Below, in pieces: positions 1 through 7,357 of a stretch of 17,669 nucleotides of DNA. Position 1 is the first letter of the stretch; the number at the start of each line of letters is the position of its first letter. This DNA comes from a virus, in IMG/VR virus record IMGVR_UViG_3300045988_015366, positions 1-17,669 of that record; one strand, written 5' to 3'. A program made the translations under genes and the position numbers. The notes beneath the pieces are model-generated. The model worked only from the letters and a program-made list of their open reading frames with translations. It made no database searches and had not been told where the DNA came from.

Positions 1-124
1 TTAGGACAATGGGTCTGCCTATGTCAGGACATTTGTTTGTGTGGTTCAGTTCACATGTTTCTGGGTTGACTCATGAAGAACTCTGGTGCATTATTAATAC
101 ATGAACGGAGCGGGGTTAGCCCGC
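1..124. repeat. Left inverted terminal repeat (ITR). It is the reverse complement of 17546-17669 with 3 mismatches at positions 56, 74 and 109. Weaker homology, including the ribosome-binding site GGAAGGAAC, continues to about position 147.
   Basis: Direct comparison of the window start with the reverse complement of the window end. Window position 1 pairs with 17669. Confidence 0.9.
66..94 (+). promoter_or_regulatory. Candidate sigma70-like promoter inside the ITR: TTGACT (66-71), 17-nt spacer, CATTAT (89-94), with TG just upstream. It would drive the inward-reading first gene at 145.
   Basis: Hexamer match by eye. The identical element sits in the right ITR. Confidence 0.3.
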
Positions 125-144
125 ACAGAACGGAAGGAACTGAG

Positions 145-378
145 ATGGAACACATTAAGACATTGCTTGGAGCGTCGGCATATAAGTTCTACAAGGAAGT
201 GGGGTACAGTGTTCAGACGTATGCAGGGGGCTTGAGAGGCATTGTGAGTTATGGTGGCGATGAAATTAGCGTTTTTCGTCACGGTCTTCGAAACTGGGAG
301 GTGCGTGACACCGATGGTGATTCGTTTTGGTTTGGTTCTCAGTGGGAACTGTTGTCCTGGTTTGGTGATCGGTTGTGA
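145..378 (+). CDS. Left terminal early gene, a 77-aa hypothetical protein. The likely true start is the ATG at 145, preceded by GGAAGGA. The upstream ATG at 73 lies inside the ITR.
   Basis: ORF track 73..378. An internal Met has a strong SD. The same SD-ATG arrangement is mirrored at the right end. Confidence 0.45.
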   Translation: MEHIKTLLGASAYKFYKEVGYSVQTYAGGLRGIVSYGGDEISVFRHGLRNWEVRDTDGDSFWFGSQWELLSWFGDRL

Positions 379-608
379 GGCATAGGGCTCACCATGGTGA
401 GGGTGACGATTTTGTCACCCTCACCAATTGGAAGGTTTCTAATTTTATTACACATGTGTTATTGAATGGATATCACATTGGTTATTATCGCGATACTGCT
501 CGGATTCATTATTGGAGGAATGGATCGAAGGATTATCACATAATTTCGATTGACAATATAATTTCAAGCAAAACAGGAATTGAAAACGGAATCATCAATC
601 ATGGATAA
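375..608 (+). CDS. Hypothetical 77-aa early protein. GTG start overlaps the upstream stop as GTGA.
   Basis: ORF track. It sits in the inward-reading left cassette. Confidence 0.3.
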   Translation: MRHRAHHGEGDDFVTLTNWKVSNFITHVLLNGYHIGYYRDTARIHYWRNGSKDYHIISIDNIISSKTGIENGIINHG

Positions 609-855
609 TTCGCTTAAATGGTTACTTGGCGACATAATTGACTACGCGTCCAATCAACAAGACATAATCGTTAAAACACCAACGATTATGTTGAGTGCAA
701 GAACAATAGGTCACCATATTTCTTGGGTATTGATTTACAAGAAAAAGAAATTTTCTATTATTGGAGAAATAGGCGACACAGATACAGTGTTTTATTCAAT
801 GAGAAATTTCATCTGCGACACGGACAAGGAATGTAATGAGTCAGACAATTCTTGA
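601..855 (+). CDS. Hypothetical early protein of about 84 aa from ATG 601 (the track gives a TTG at 580). It lies inside the AT-rich island.
   Basis: ORF track 580..855. Composition shifts sharply here. Confidence 0.3.
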   Translation: MDNSLKWLLGDIIDYASNQQDIIVKTPTIMLSARTIGHHISWVLIYKKKKFSIIGEIGDTDTVFYSMRNFICDTDKECNESDNS

Positions 856-944
856 GCGCACGGGCGACAGCAATTGGTACATTAAGCACACTTGCCTTAA
901 TGATACTCCTGAGCGGATGGCGGCTTGGGTTAAGTCGGTGAAGT

Positions 945-1187
945 GTGATGTCAATTCAGATGACTAAGAGAAAGTTACGTCATTACGGAATGAGGGAGTT
1001 TTATACTCCTGCGGGATGCAACATTCTTTATTGTGGTTGCACAGCATTTCGCCTGATTAATGATTACACAATGGAAGTGTGGAATCATTTTGAGACAGAA
1101 AGTGGAACAATTGTTCATTATGATTCGATGAATGAAAGAAATGAAGCATTGTTGGAAATGGGCATGGAAAGCATGGGAGTAATTTAA
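945..1187 (+). CDS. Hypothetical 80-aa early protein. Its stop overlaps the next start (TAATG).
   Basis: ORF track. The stop/start overlap suggests translational coupling. Confidence 0.35.
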   Translation: MMSIQMTKRKLRHYGMREFYTPAGCNILYCGCTAFRLINDYTMEVWNHFETESGTIVHYDSMNERNEALLEMGMESMGVI

Positions 1188-1462
1188 TGTATCACTTCAG
1201 GGAACTTGCTAAGAAACTTAATCTGACAGATCAACTGCCTGGATACAACATTGCTGTCAGGTGTGATCGGATTCTGATTGACGGCCTTGATTTTCGGCTT
1301 GACGTTTATGGTTGGCCAGATAATCGGGTAGTGTTTTCAGATAAGACTACAGGTCTAAATACCCTGAAGCGCTATGGTCATACTGGTGGTGAACAGTGTC
1401 GCAAAACCTGGCTTGAGATGCTTAATGCGATCGGAGTTGATACTACAGCGGCTGAGAACTGA
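1187..1462 (+). CDS. Hypothetical 91-aa early protein.
   Basis: ORF track. It is the last gene of the left inward cassette and ends just before the convergent hairpin. Confidence 0.35.
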   Translation: MYHFRELAKKLNLTDQLPGYNIAVRCDRILIDGLDFRLDVYGWPDNRVVFSDKTTGLNTLKRYGHTGGEQCRKTWLEMLNAIGVDTTAAEN

Positions 1463-1468
1463 GGACAT

Positions 1469-1508
1469 ACTTATCCCCGGAAGTGGTTGGTTCCTTCCGG
1501 GGATAAGT
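1469..1508. terminator. Bidirectional hairpin between convergent transcription units: ACTTATCCCCGGAAG, a 10-nt loop, then CTTCCGGGGATAAGT. The stem is a perfect 15 bp.
   Basis: Inverted repeat seen directly. GTTTAT follows on the plus strand. It lies between the plus-strand stop at 1462 and the minus-strand stop at 1511. Confidence 0.6.
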
Positions 1509-1510
1509 GT

Positions 1511-2329
1511 TTATGGGCGTTCTGCGGTGCGCGCGAGACGCTCCCATGCGGCCCAGGTCTCGGGGCCCCATATGCCGTCAATGGTGACGCCTAGGGCTCC
1601 CTGTAGGGATTCAATGACGCGGTCATGGGCGGCTTCACTGGCGTCACCCCAGATTCCATCTGGAGTGGTTCCTACAACCTGCTGGGTGTAGGCGACGCCC
1701 CATGGGAATTCGCGTCCTCCCCAGTTGCTGGCCTTGATTACGGCGCACATTCGCTTCTCAGTGTCAGTTCCAAGAATGTTGTCCTGTACTGCACCAAGAA
1801 TTCGCTGAATGTCTCGAATGTCTCCACCACTGGAAATGGCAGAATTATCGTCAACAACGCGAATGCCGTAGCGAGCAACGTCCATATTGCGCTCACGACG
1901 GGCAACAACACCACCATTGTCCTGTGGTCCACCAATTCCCCACGTGGTGTTTCCGTCAATGCTGTAGAAAACACCTGCGGAGTTCGGAGGTTGCTCAACG
2001 ACCCCAATGTGCTGGGCTACTCCAATACCGTCGAAGTCGAAGGTGATGAGGTCGCCGGGGCGCACGTCCCATTTGTCGATGAGTACGCCACGTGCTCGTG
2101 CCTGCGCTTCGCGGCCGGGGACGTAGGCGCTCACCCAGTTAATGCCTACCTTGTTGAGTACCCAGGAGACGAACATGTCGCAGTAGGGGACGCCGCTTGC
2201 ACCGAAACTGGGGGAGCCGGTTACCTGGGCGTACCAGCGCCCGTACTTAGTTCCCGCTTCGTCGTCTGCCCATCGGGAGTATCCGATCTCTGAGCGTGCT
2301 GCGGAGATAATGTCTGCGCGAGTTACCAT
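1511..2329 (-). CDS. Endolysin: an N-terminal CHAP peptidase domain (Cys in PYCDMFVSW, His in AQHIGVV) followed by two PG_binding_1-type peptidoglycan-binding repeats (IRDIQRILGAV..., LQGALGVTIDGIWGPETWAAWERL).
   Basis: Motif recognition. AAGGAG lies 6 nt upstream of the ATG. It is the last gene of the late operon, after the holin-like genes. Confidence 0.75.
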   Translation of the reverse strand: MVTRADIISAARSEIGYSRWADDEAGTKYGRWYAQVTGSPSFGASGVPYCDMFVSWVLNKVGINWVSAYVPGREAQARARGVLIDKWDVRPGDLITFDFDGIGVAQHIGVVEQPPNSAGVFYSIDGNTTWGIGGPQDNGGVVARRERNMDVARYGIRVVDDNSAISSGGDIRDIQRILGAVQDNILGTDTEKRMCAVIKASNWGGREFPWGVAYTQQVVGTTPDGIWGDASEAAHDRVIESLQGALGVTIDGIWGPETWAAWERLARTAERP

Positions 2330-2331
2330 AT

Positions 2332-2526
2332 TTACTCCTTGTTGGGGACGTTTCGGCTGGCAACGCCAAAGAATGTTGCGAATAGGAAGTTGAGCGCGGC
2401 AATCTTGTCGCCGTCAAACACGCCCCAGACACCGAGGCAGACGAGGACTCCGGCGCTAACGACGTAGAGCCAGAGTCGGTATGCGTCGGGAATGAAGGGC
2501 GGCTTAGGGGCCTCATGGTCACCCAT
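2332..2526 (-). CDS. Small two-TM membrane protein of 64 aa, a holin candidate.
   Basis: Two hydrophobic segments (LWLYVVSAGVLVCLGVWGV and IAALNFLFATFFGVA). AAGGAG precedes the start. It sits immediately upstream of the endolysin. Confidence 0.55.
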   Translation of the reverse strand: MGDHEAPKPPFIPDAYRLWLYVVSAGVLVCLGVWGVFDGDKIAALNFLFATFFGVASRNVPNKE

Positions 2527-2824
2527 TGTTTTTCTCCTTGAGATAGGAAATGATTTCTCTGAGTTGGCGGTTCTGCGCGTCTACGCTTGATCCGCCATGG
2601 TTTGGCTTGACATGATATTGCACGTCTTTCAGTTTGTCTTCAATATCTTCAAGCCGGTCCAGGACGCTAGGTGTCCCGTCTTTCCCGTCCCAAGCATTTA
2701 GCATGGACGCTAAATGATCCATGAATCGCGTGACACGGTAGATGAATCTGCCTGCGATTGTTAGCAGGGATATGACGCCGAGAACTAGGGCAACGTCAAT
2801 TGTGGTGGGACTAATGTGTATCAT
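2519..2824 (-). CDS. 101-aa protein with one N-terminal TM and a coiled-coil C-terminus. Possibly a holin, antiholin or lysis regulator.
   Basis: An N-terminal hydrophobic segment (VALVLGVISLLTIAG) followed by a charged helical tail. An ATGA overlap with the ATPase stop suggests translational coupling. Confidence 0.45.
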   Translation of the reverse strand: MIHISPTTIDVALVLGVISLLTIAGRFIYRVTRFMDHLASMLNAWDGKDGTPSVLDRLEDIEDKLKDVQYHVKPNHGGSSVDAQNRQLREIISYLKEKNNG

Positions 2825-3837
2825 CGGACAAAGATTTCAGCGAACATGTTACGCGTCTCAGGTGAGTCGGAGAAAAGACGGCCCTTCCTGTACGTGCTGC
2901 GCATGATGCTGAGCACTTTGTCACCATACATCAGTAGCCGCTCCCCTTCACGTAGATCAGAGACCTTATAGGCCCATCTTACCCTATCCCCGCGGGGCTG
3001 GCGGCGCTGGGCGAACCATGTGCCGCCGTCGATCCAGATAGAGACCTCGCCGTCGGGGCAACGCAGGGAGAATGCGTATTTGGCCTTTCCTGTCTTTTTC
3101 ATTACAAAGTCGTCGTAGTTGTCTGCGAATTTGTTGGAGATGGAATAGTCGGCATAGTCTTCGGCGTAGTTGGTGATGAATGAACCGAAGCGAGTGTGCG
3201 CAACTTCGGACTGAAATTGCTCACTATTCACGAAGTCGGTGACGATGAACCCTTCAGCGTGACGGCTAATTCCTTCTTTGGGCTCAATGTGGAATCGAAT
3301 GAAATAGGGATTCATAATACTGACAGCATTGGAGAGCATTAGACAGCGCACACGGTCCTGATAACGGTCCACAGTTGAGTAAAAGTCCATAAAAACTTTC
3401 GCCTCATCAGGAAGATACCGCAGCGAACCTTTATCAATGATGAACTCATCAAAGATAATGGTGTACACATTCGGGTAGGCAATAGACTTATTCGCCTGCG
3501 CCGTAGAAAGAGGAATGAAATAGCCGATAGTCTCCCATTTCTTTCCCACCTTCCTTTGCGCAAACTGCCCTTCGACACGGAATTCCTCATCAGGAAACTC
3601 GTGTTGAATGTCGGCGAAGAAACTGTTACGCCCCTTGAGTTCAGTCTTGTACCTACGAAGGTAAATGAATTGCTGTCCCTTATTGATTGCGTTCTTGATA
3701 ACAATCTTCTTAGCCCCGTAGGTCTTTCCAAGCCCACGAGCACCCATAATCATATTAAACACGCCCGCATACGAGAGCACGTTAGAGAAAGAATAATAGG
3801 AAAACTTTTTCTTCATCAGTGTCGCCTTACCGTCCAC
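2821..3837 (-). CDS. DNA encapsidation (packaging) ATPase, a phi29 gp16 homolog.
   Basis: Walker A GARGLGKT and Walker B IIFDEF. Similarity to phi29 gp16 along its length (FIYLRRYK, AYPNVYTIIFDEFI, RVRCLMLSNAVSIMNPYF). Confidence 0.9.
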   Translation of the reverse strand: MDGKATLMKKKFSYYSFSNVLSYAGVFNMIMGARGLGKTYGAKKIVIKNAINKGQQFIYLRRYKTELKGRNSFFADIQHEFPDEEFRVEGQFAQRKVGKKWETIGYFIPLSTAQANKSIAYPNVYTIIFDEFIIDKGSLRYLPDEAKVFMDFYSTVDRYQDRVRCLMLSNAVSIMNPYFIRFHIEPKEGISRHAEGFIVTDFVNSEQFQSEVAHTRFGSFITNYAEDYADYSISNKFADNYDDFVMKKTGKAKYAFSLRCPDGEVSIWIDGGTWFAQRRQPRGDRVRWAYKVSDLREGERLLMYGDKVLSIMRSTYRKGRLFSDSPETRNMFAEIFVR

Positions 3838-5105
3838 CAGCGCGTGGCGCTTAGATTGTCTATAGACTTCTTAACGGGACCATAATACGGGTTACCACCA
3901 TGGCCTACAGTGGTGTTCTGGTCCACAACCATTTCTACGTGATCTGTTTCAGGGTACACACTGCCCGTAGAGCGCCACGCCATGACGATCATGTCCCCAG
4001 GTCGTAGGAGGGCCTTCTGGGCGGCCGTCATAGCCCCAGAACCACGCTCAATGACTGCCTGCCCACGGAAGTACTGGTCGCCCGTCCACGTGCCTACGAA
4101 GACTCCGCTAGTGGCTTTGTAGGCGGCGTACATGAGTCCGCTACAGTCAGTGATTCCTGAGTTGTCGGGGTCCTGGCGGCCAGGACACTGACAGTAGGCG
4201 AACTTGCCTAAGCGGGCTAGGACCCATGCGAGCGCCTTGGCTCCGTTGGAGCCATCGGACGGGACCGCTCCCCCACCTCCTGGGGTAGGAGCACCTGCCT
4301 GCCCGCCCGTGATGTTCTGGACGATTTCACCGATATTTACTTCCCATAGATTGTGTCCTTTGGAGTATAGACGGTGAATTCCGAATTTTGATCGCATTGT
4401 GAGGATGTTTGAGTCATCTGCGGTAATGATGACCTTGCCACCGTCAACGGTTACTTGCTGACCGTTTTGACCAACACTTCCACCATTTCCAGGTGTGCTA
4501 ACACCGCCTACGCCAACATCAACGCCGCTGGTGTCTTTGTTTGCGATAATGTTCTTGGCGCCATTGTAGCGATTATAGTACCTCCCCAGAACACCATTAG
4601 CCATAATGGCGTTGTACATCTGATTAAGGCCGCCACCAGAATAGTTATTCGCTGCTTGCAGGGCATAGCGGGGACCCTGGTGATAGGCCACGCACCAGAG
4701 AATAAACGCATCAGTGTCTGTCTCAGGATTAATGTCATATTGCTTGGCAACATTAAAATACGACTCAAGGTCCTTGGCAATCTGGTCACCCTGAATATCT
4801 TTGCTAGCAAGTAACAGGTCACGAAGACTATCCCCAGCCGCCCTGCTCAGGTAGTAGGTGTTCCACGAACTGGAGGACTCGGAGACAGTTTCCAGGCGAC
4901 TACGCAGGTCAGCGTCTACGCGCGCGTACTCTGCCGTATGGGCTGCACGCATACGGTTAAGGATAGCGGCCGCTCGAGTCCCATACCACTGTGCCAAGCC
5001 AACGGTAATGGGGTCGTTATAGTTGATTGCCGCATAGTTCATAGACGACTCAACCTGACCAATTGCCTTGACAGCAACTTTCTTTGCGGTAGCGTCCCAA
5101 GCCAC
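3816..5105 (-). CDS. Tail-associated peptidoglycan hydrolase, positionally phi29 gp13-like. The N-terminal region looks like a lytic transglycosylase or lysozyme domain (ES...GLAQ). A Gly-rich linker follows, then a C-terminal NlpC/P60 endopeptidase (DCSGLMYAAY ... PGDMIV ... DHVEMVV).
   Basis: Motif recognition. GTG start with AGGAGGAAATT upstream. It sits between the appendage gene and the ATPase, as phi29 gene 13 does. Confidence 0.7.
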   Translation of the reverse strand: MAWDATAKKVAVKAIGQVESSMNYAAINYNDPITVGLAQWYGTRAAAILNRMRAAHTAEYARVDADLRSRLETVSESSSSWNTYYLSRAAGDSLRDLLLASKDIQGDQIAKDLESYFNVAKQYDINPETDTDAFILWCVAYHQGPRYALQAANNYSGGGLNQMYNAIMANGVLGRYYNRYNGAKNIIANKDTSGVDVGVGGVSTPGNGGSVGQNGQQVTVDGGKVIITADDSNILTMRSKFGIHRLYSKGHNLWEVNIGEIVQNITGGQAGAPTPGGGGAVPSDGSNGAKALAWVLARLGKFAYCQCPGRQDPDNSGITDCSGLMYAAYKATSGVFVGTWTGDQYFRGQAVIERGSGAMTAAQKALLRPGDMIVMAWRSTGSVYPETDHVEMVVDQNTTVGHGGNPYYGPVKKSIDNLSATRWWTVRRH

Positions 5106-5122
5106 AATTTCCTCCTAAACTA

Positions 5123-5155
5123 CGGTGCTCCCCTGATTGTACCAGGGGAGCACCG
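5123..5155 (-). terminator. Intergenic hairpin with a 13-bp stem (CGGTGCTCCCCTG / CAGGGGAGCACCG) and a 7-nt loop. It lies between the appendage gene stop and the lysin SD, and is followed on the transcript by GTAGTTT then AGGAGGAA.
   Basis: Perfect inverted repeat seen directly. The T-run is weak, so it may act as an attenuator or RNA-stability element rather than a full terminator. Confidence 0.45.
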
Positions 5156-5160
5156 CGTCC

Positions 5161-6648
5161 TCAGAATATGGGGTATGTTGCGTTGACAGCGAATGTCTTT
5201 TCGCTGCCTAGCCTTGCGGCCGGAACTAGAGCACCAGTGTTATCGACGATTAGCGGAAATGCTGTAGCATTATCCCACGCCGTAATGTACATGTTTCGAT
5301 ACGGTCTAGCCCACGCAGGAACATTAAACATTGTCAAGAACGCTTCAAGTTGAACGACCGAAAAGATTCCGTGAATGCTTACAGTATCACGCTTTCGAGC
5401 AATGAACATCTGTAGGTTGTTGTCATTCTTGACCCGATCAAAACTTGCACCATTCTTGAGATTGTGCCAACCGAAATCAACCCAACCACTTCCACCTTCA
5501 AGCCAGTTGTCAAACTGTCGCTGCGCAAACTCATAGCCAGCAACACCGAAGTGAACACCAGCATCATCCGGGAAGTAGCGCGAGTTCTTACCGTTGTGGA
5601 ACCACGACCTTGACCCTTCGCAAACTAGCGCACCGTAGGGCTCAAGAACCTCCTTGAGCACGTTAGTTGCGTTGGCACAGTTCATCGCCATATTCCAGTC
5701 ATTGTTGAGCGAATGCTCATTATACAGAACCGGAATAACATAGATCTTTGCGTTAGGAAAAGCCCTTACAGCCTTCTTGATAAACGTAGTGGCAGACTCA
5801 CGAATGTCTTTCTGCCCACGAATATCGTTAAGCATGTCAATAATATAGATCTGTCCCGTAAGACGTGCACGGTCACCAACAGAGTCGGAGATAGCGCGAT
5901 CAATCTGAGTGTTGAAGTTATTGTCGGGAGTACTGGTAAATCCACCACCAGAATACCCATAGTTGTGTGGAATCTCGCCCTTAGCAGTAACCCAGCGCTC
6001 CCAGGTTCCGTTGGGCCAACCACGACTCTCAGCGTTAGATGAACCAATGATAATCGAGTGTGGGTACATCACCCTATGAAGAGGATTATACCGCTTATCA
6101 CTATCAGTCTTGTTGTAGAAATTATTGTCAACAGTCTGCTTGAGAGTCGCAAGGCGACTAGTCACGTCACCACTAAGCGCTATAGCGGAAGACTTGATCT
6201 CAGATATCTGGGAATCAATCTTGTCCTGCCACTTCTTCGACGGAACCTTCAACTTCCCACCAGCAATCGTGGGGGCCGCAACAGTGTCTCCCCCGTCGTC
6301 GCCAGTAAACAATGCGGTGACAACTCTGTTCTCGAAAGACTTTAGCCGCGTTTCCAGTTCTGCGCGTTTAGCGTTGACGGAAGAGTCCCAGTTGTTATGC
6401 AGTTTCTCCATCTCAGTGATGAAGTTTGTAACAACCTCATTGATTCGCTTAACAACCTTGTCCTGCTCTTCGCCGAAACTGTTAGTGAATTCGATAACGT
6501 CAATCACGCTTCGACGAATTCGTTCAAGCACGTCAACATACGTGAGGCCGTCAGAGTACGTGAAAGGGGTGACGTTGTTTAGTGATCGCGAATTAACTCG
6601 CCAAAGAGCACGGTCAATGTTGCCGAGAATCTCATCACCAGTAGCCAT
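5161..6648 (-). CDS. Tail appendage or fibre protein. The N-terminus is a coiled-coil anchor. The central domain has SGNH/GDSL-hydrolase-like blocks (IIIGSSNAE, a Gly block, SLNND, DDAGVHF), suggesting a receptor-modifying esterase. The likely start is the ATG at 6648, preceded by GGAGGA. The track's upstream extension to 6744 lies inside the lower-collar gene.
   Basis: Block motifs by eye. It occupies the phi29 gene-12 position (pre-neck appendage, an enzyme-bearing receptor protein). Confidence 0.5.
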   Translation of the reverse strand: MATGDEILGNIDRALWRVNSRSLNNVTPFTYSDGLTYVDVLERIRRSVIDVIEFTNSFGEEQDKVVKRINEVVTNFITEMEKLHNNWDSSVNAKRAELETRLKSFENRVVTALFTGDDGGDTVAAPTIAGGKLKVPSKKWQDKIDSQISEIKSSAIALSGDVTSRLATLKQTVDNNFYNKTDSDKRYNPLHRVMYPHSIIIGSSNAESRGWPNGTWERWVTAKGEIPHNYGYSGGGFTSTPDNNFNTQIDRAISDSVGDRARLTGQIYIIDMLNDIRGQKDIRESATTFIKKAVRAFPNAKIYVIPVLYNEHSLNNDWNMAMNCANATNVLKEVLEPYGALVCEGSRSWFHNGKNSRYFPDDAGVHFGVAGYEFAQRQFDNWLEGGSGWVDFGWHNLKNGASFDRVKNDNNLQMFIARKRDTVSIHGIFSVVQLEAFLTMFNVPAWARPYRNMYITAWDNATAFPLIVDNTGALVPAARLGSEKTFAVNATYPIF

Positions 6649-7357
6649 AGTATCCTCCAATACCATATCCGTAGATTCCACTCCCAATAAGTCCCCCGGG
6701 AGTTTTAGGGTTGTCGCCATCCCAGATACCCATGAATAGGTCACTAATATCTGCGATAACTAGATCGTCAACATTAATTAGAGTGCTTCGGTAATCAGCA
6801 ATAGCCCGCGCCTTACTTCCCGAATAACCCCACGATTCAGAGTTCTGGTTATTCGTGTAGTTCGACGTCGATGATGACGTACTGTCCGACTCATTCCGGG
6901 ACGTAGAACCCCCGCTAGTGCTGGCGTCGCTAATTGACGTGGCATAGTCGCCATCGCCCGCAAGGCGTGTCTGAGGCGTGTCAGAACCAACCGTACGCCC
7001 CTTGGACTCATTGGTCCCACTACCGCTGCCAGTCTGATGGTTGACTCCAGAGTTTTGAGACTTCCCGTCCTGGCCGGTGCGTGAGTAATGCCGATTGCCC
7101 TCAAGCGGGTCGGTGTTCTGAAGTTCAGCAAGATACATTCGATTATACCGAGGCATAATCAAGTCCATCCGCAACCTCATTCGCCACACGAAAATGTCAA
7201 CAGTTTCGTGCCCGATTTCCTGCAGCCAGTACTCACGTTTAATCCGATCATTAAGTGTTGCCCTGTATGCCTCATCAAAAATCGGATAACTGTCAAGACC
7301 AATATGGTCATCGGTTATTCTGACAACATCACGAAGCATCATTGTTGTTACCGACAT
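6635..7357 (-). CDS. Lower collar protein, phi29 gp11-like, with a central Ser/Thr/Asn/Gly-rich low-complexity segment. The start is probably the ATG at 7357, preceded by GGGGGTGA. The track extends it to 7369.
   Basis: It sits between the connector and appendage genes. The N-terminal region resembles phi29 gp11, and the low-complexity middle is typical. Confidence 0.55.
   Translation of the reverse strand: MSVTTMMLRDVVRITDDHIGLDSYPIFDEAYRATLNDRIKREYWLQEIGHETVDIFVWRMRLRMDLIMPRYNRMYLAELQNTDPLEGNRHYSRTGQDGKSQNSGVNHQTGSGSGTNESKGRTVGSDTPQTRLAGDGDYATSISDASTSGGSTSRNESDSTSSSTSNYTNNQNSESWGYSGSKARAIADYRSTLINVDDLVIADISDLFMGIWDGDNPKTPGGLIGSGIYGYGIGGYYGYW

Noticed and set aside
1625-2293. 222-aa plus-strand ORF
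   Set aside because: Entirely antisense to the well-supported CHAP endolysin gene. Its translation is low-complexity Gly/Val/Ala-rich with no motifs, as expected for an opposite-strand frame of a GC-rich gene.
3339-3743. 134-aa minus-strand ORF in an alternative frame
   Set aside because: Completely nested in the packaging ATPase gene in a different frame. No motifs.
6649-6744. Upstream extension of the appendage ORF (starts at 6744 or 6720)
   Set aside because: It lies inside the lower-collar coding region in another frame. The ATG at 6648 has GGAGGA 5 nt upstream.
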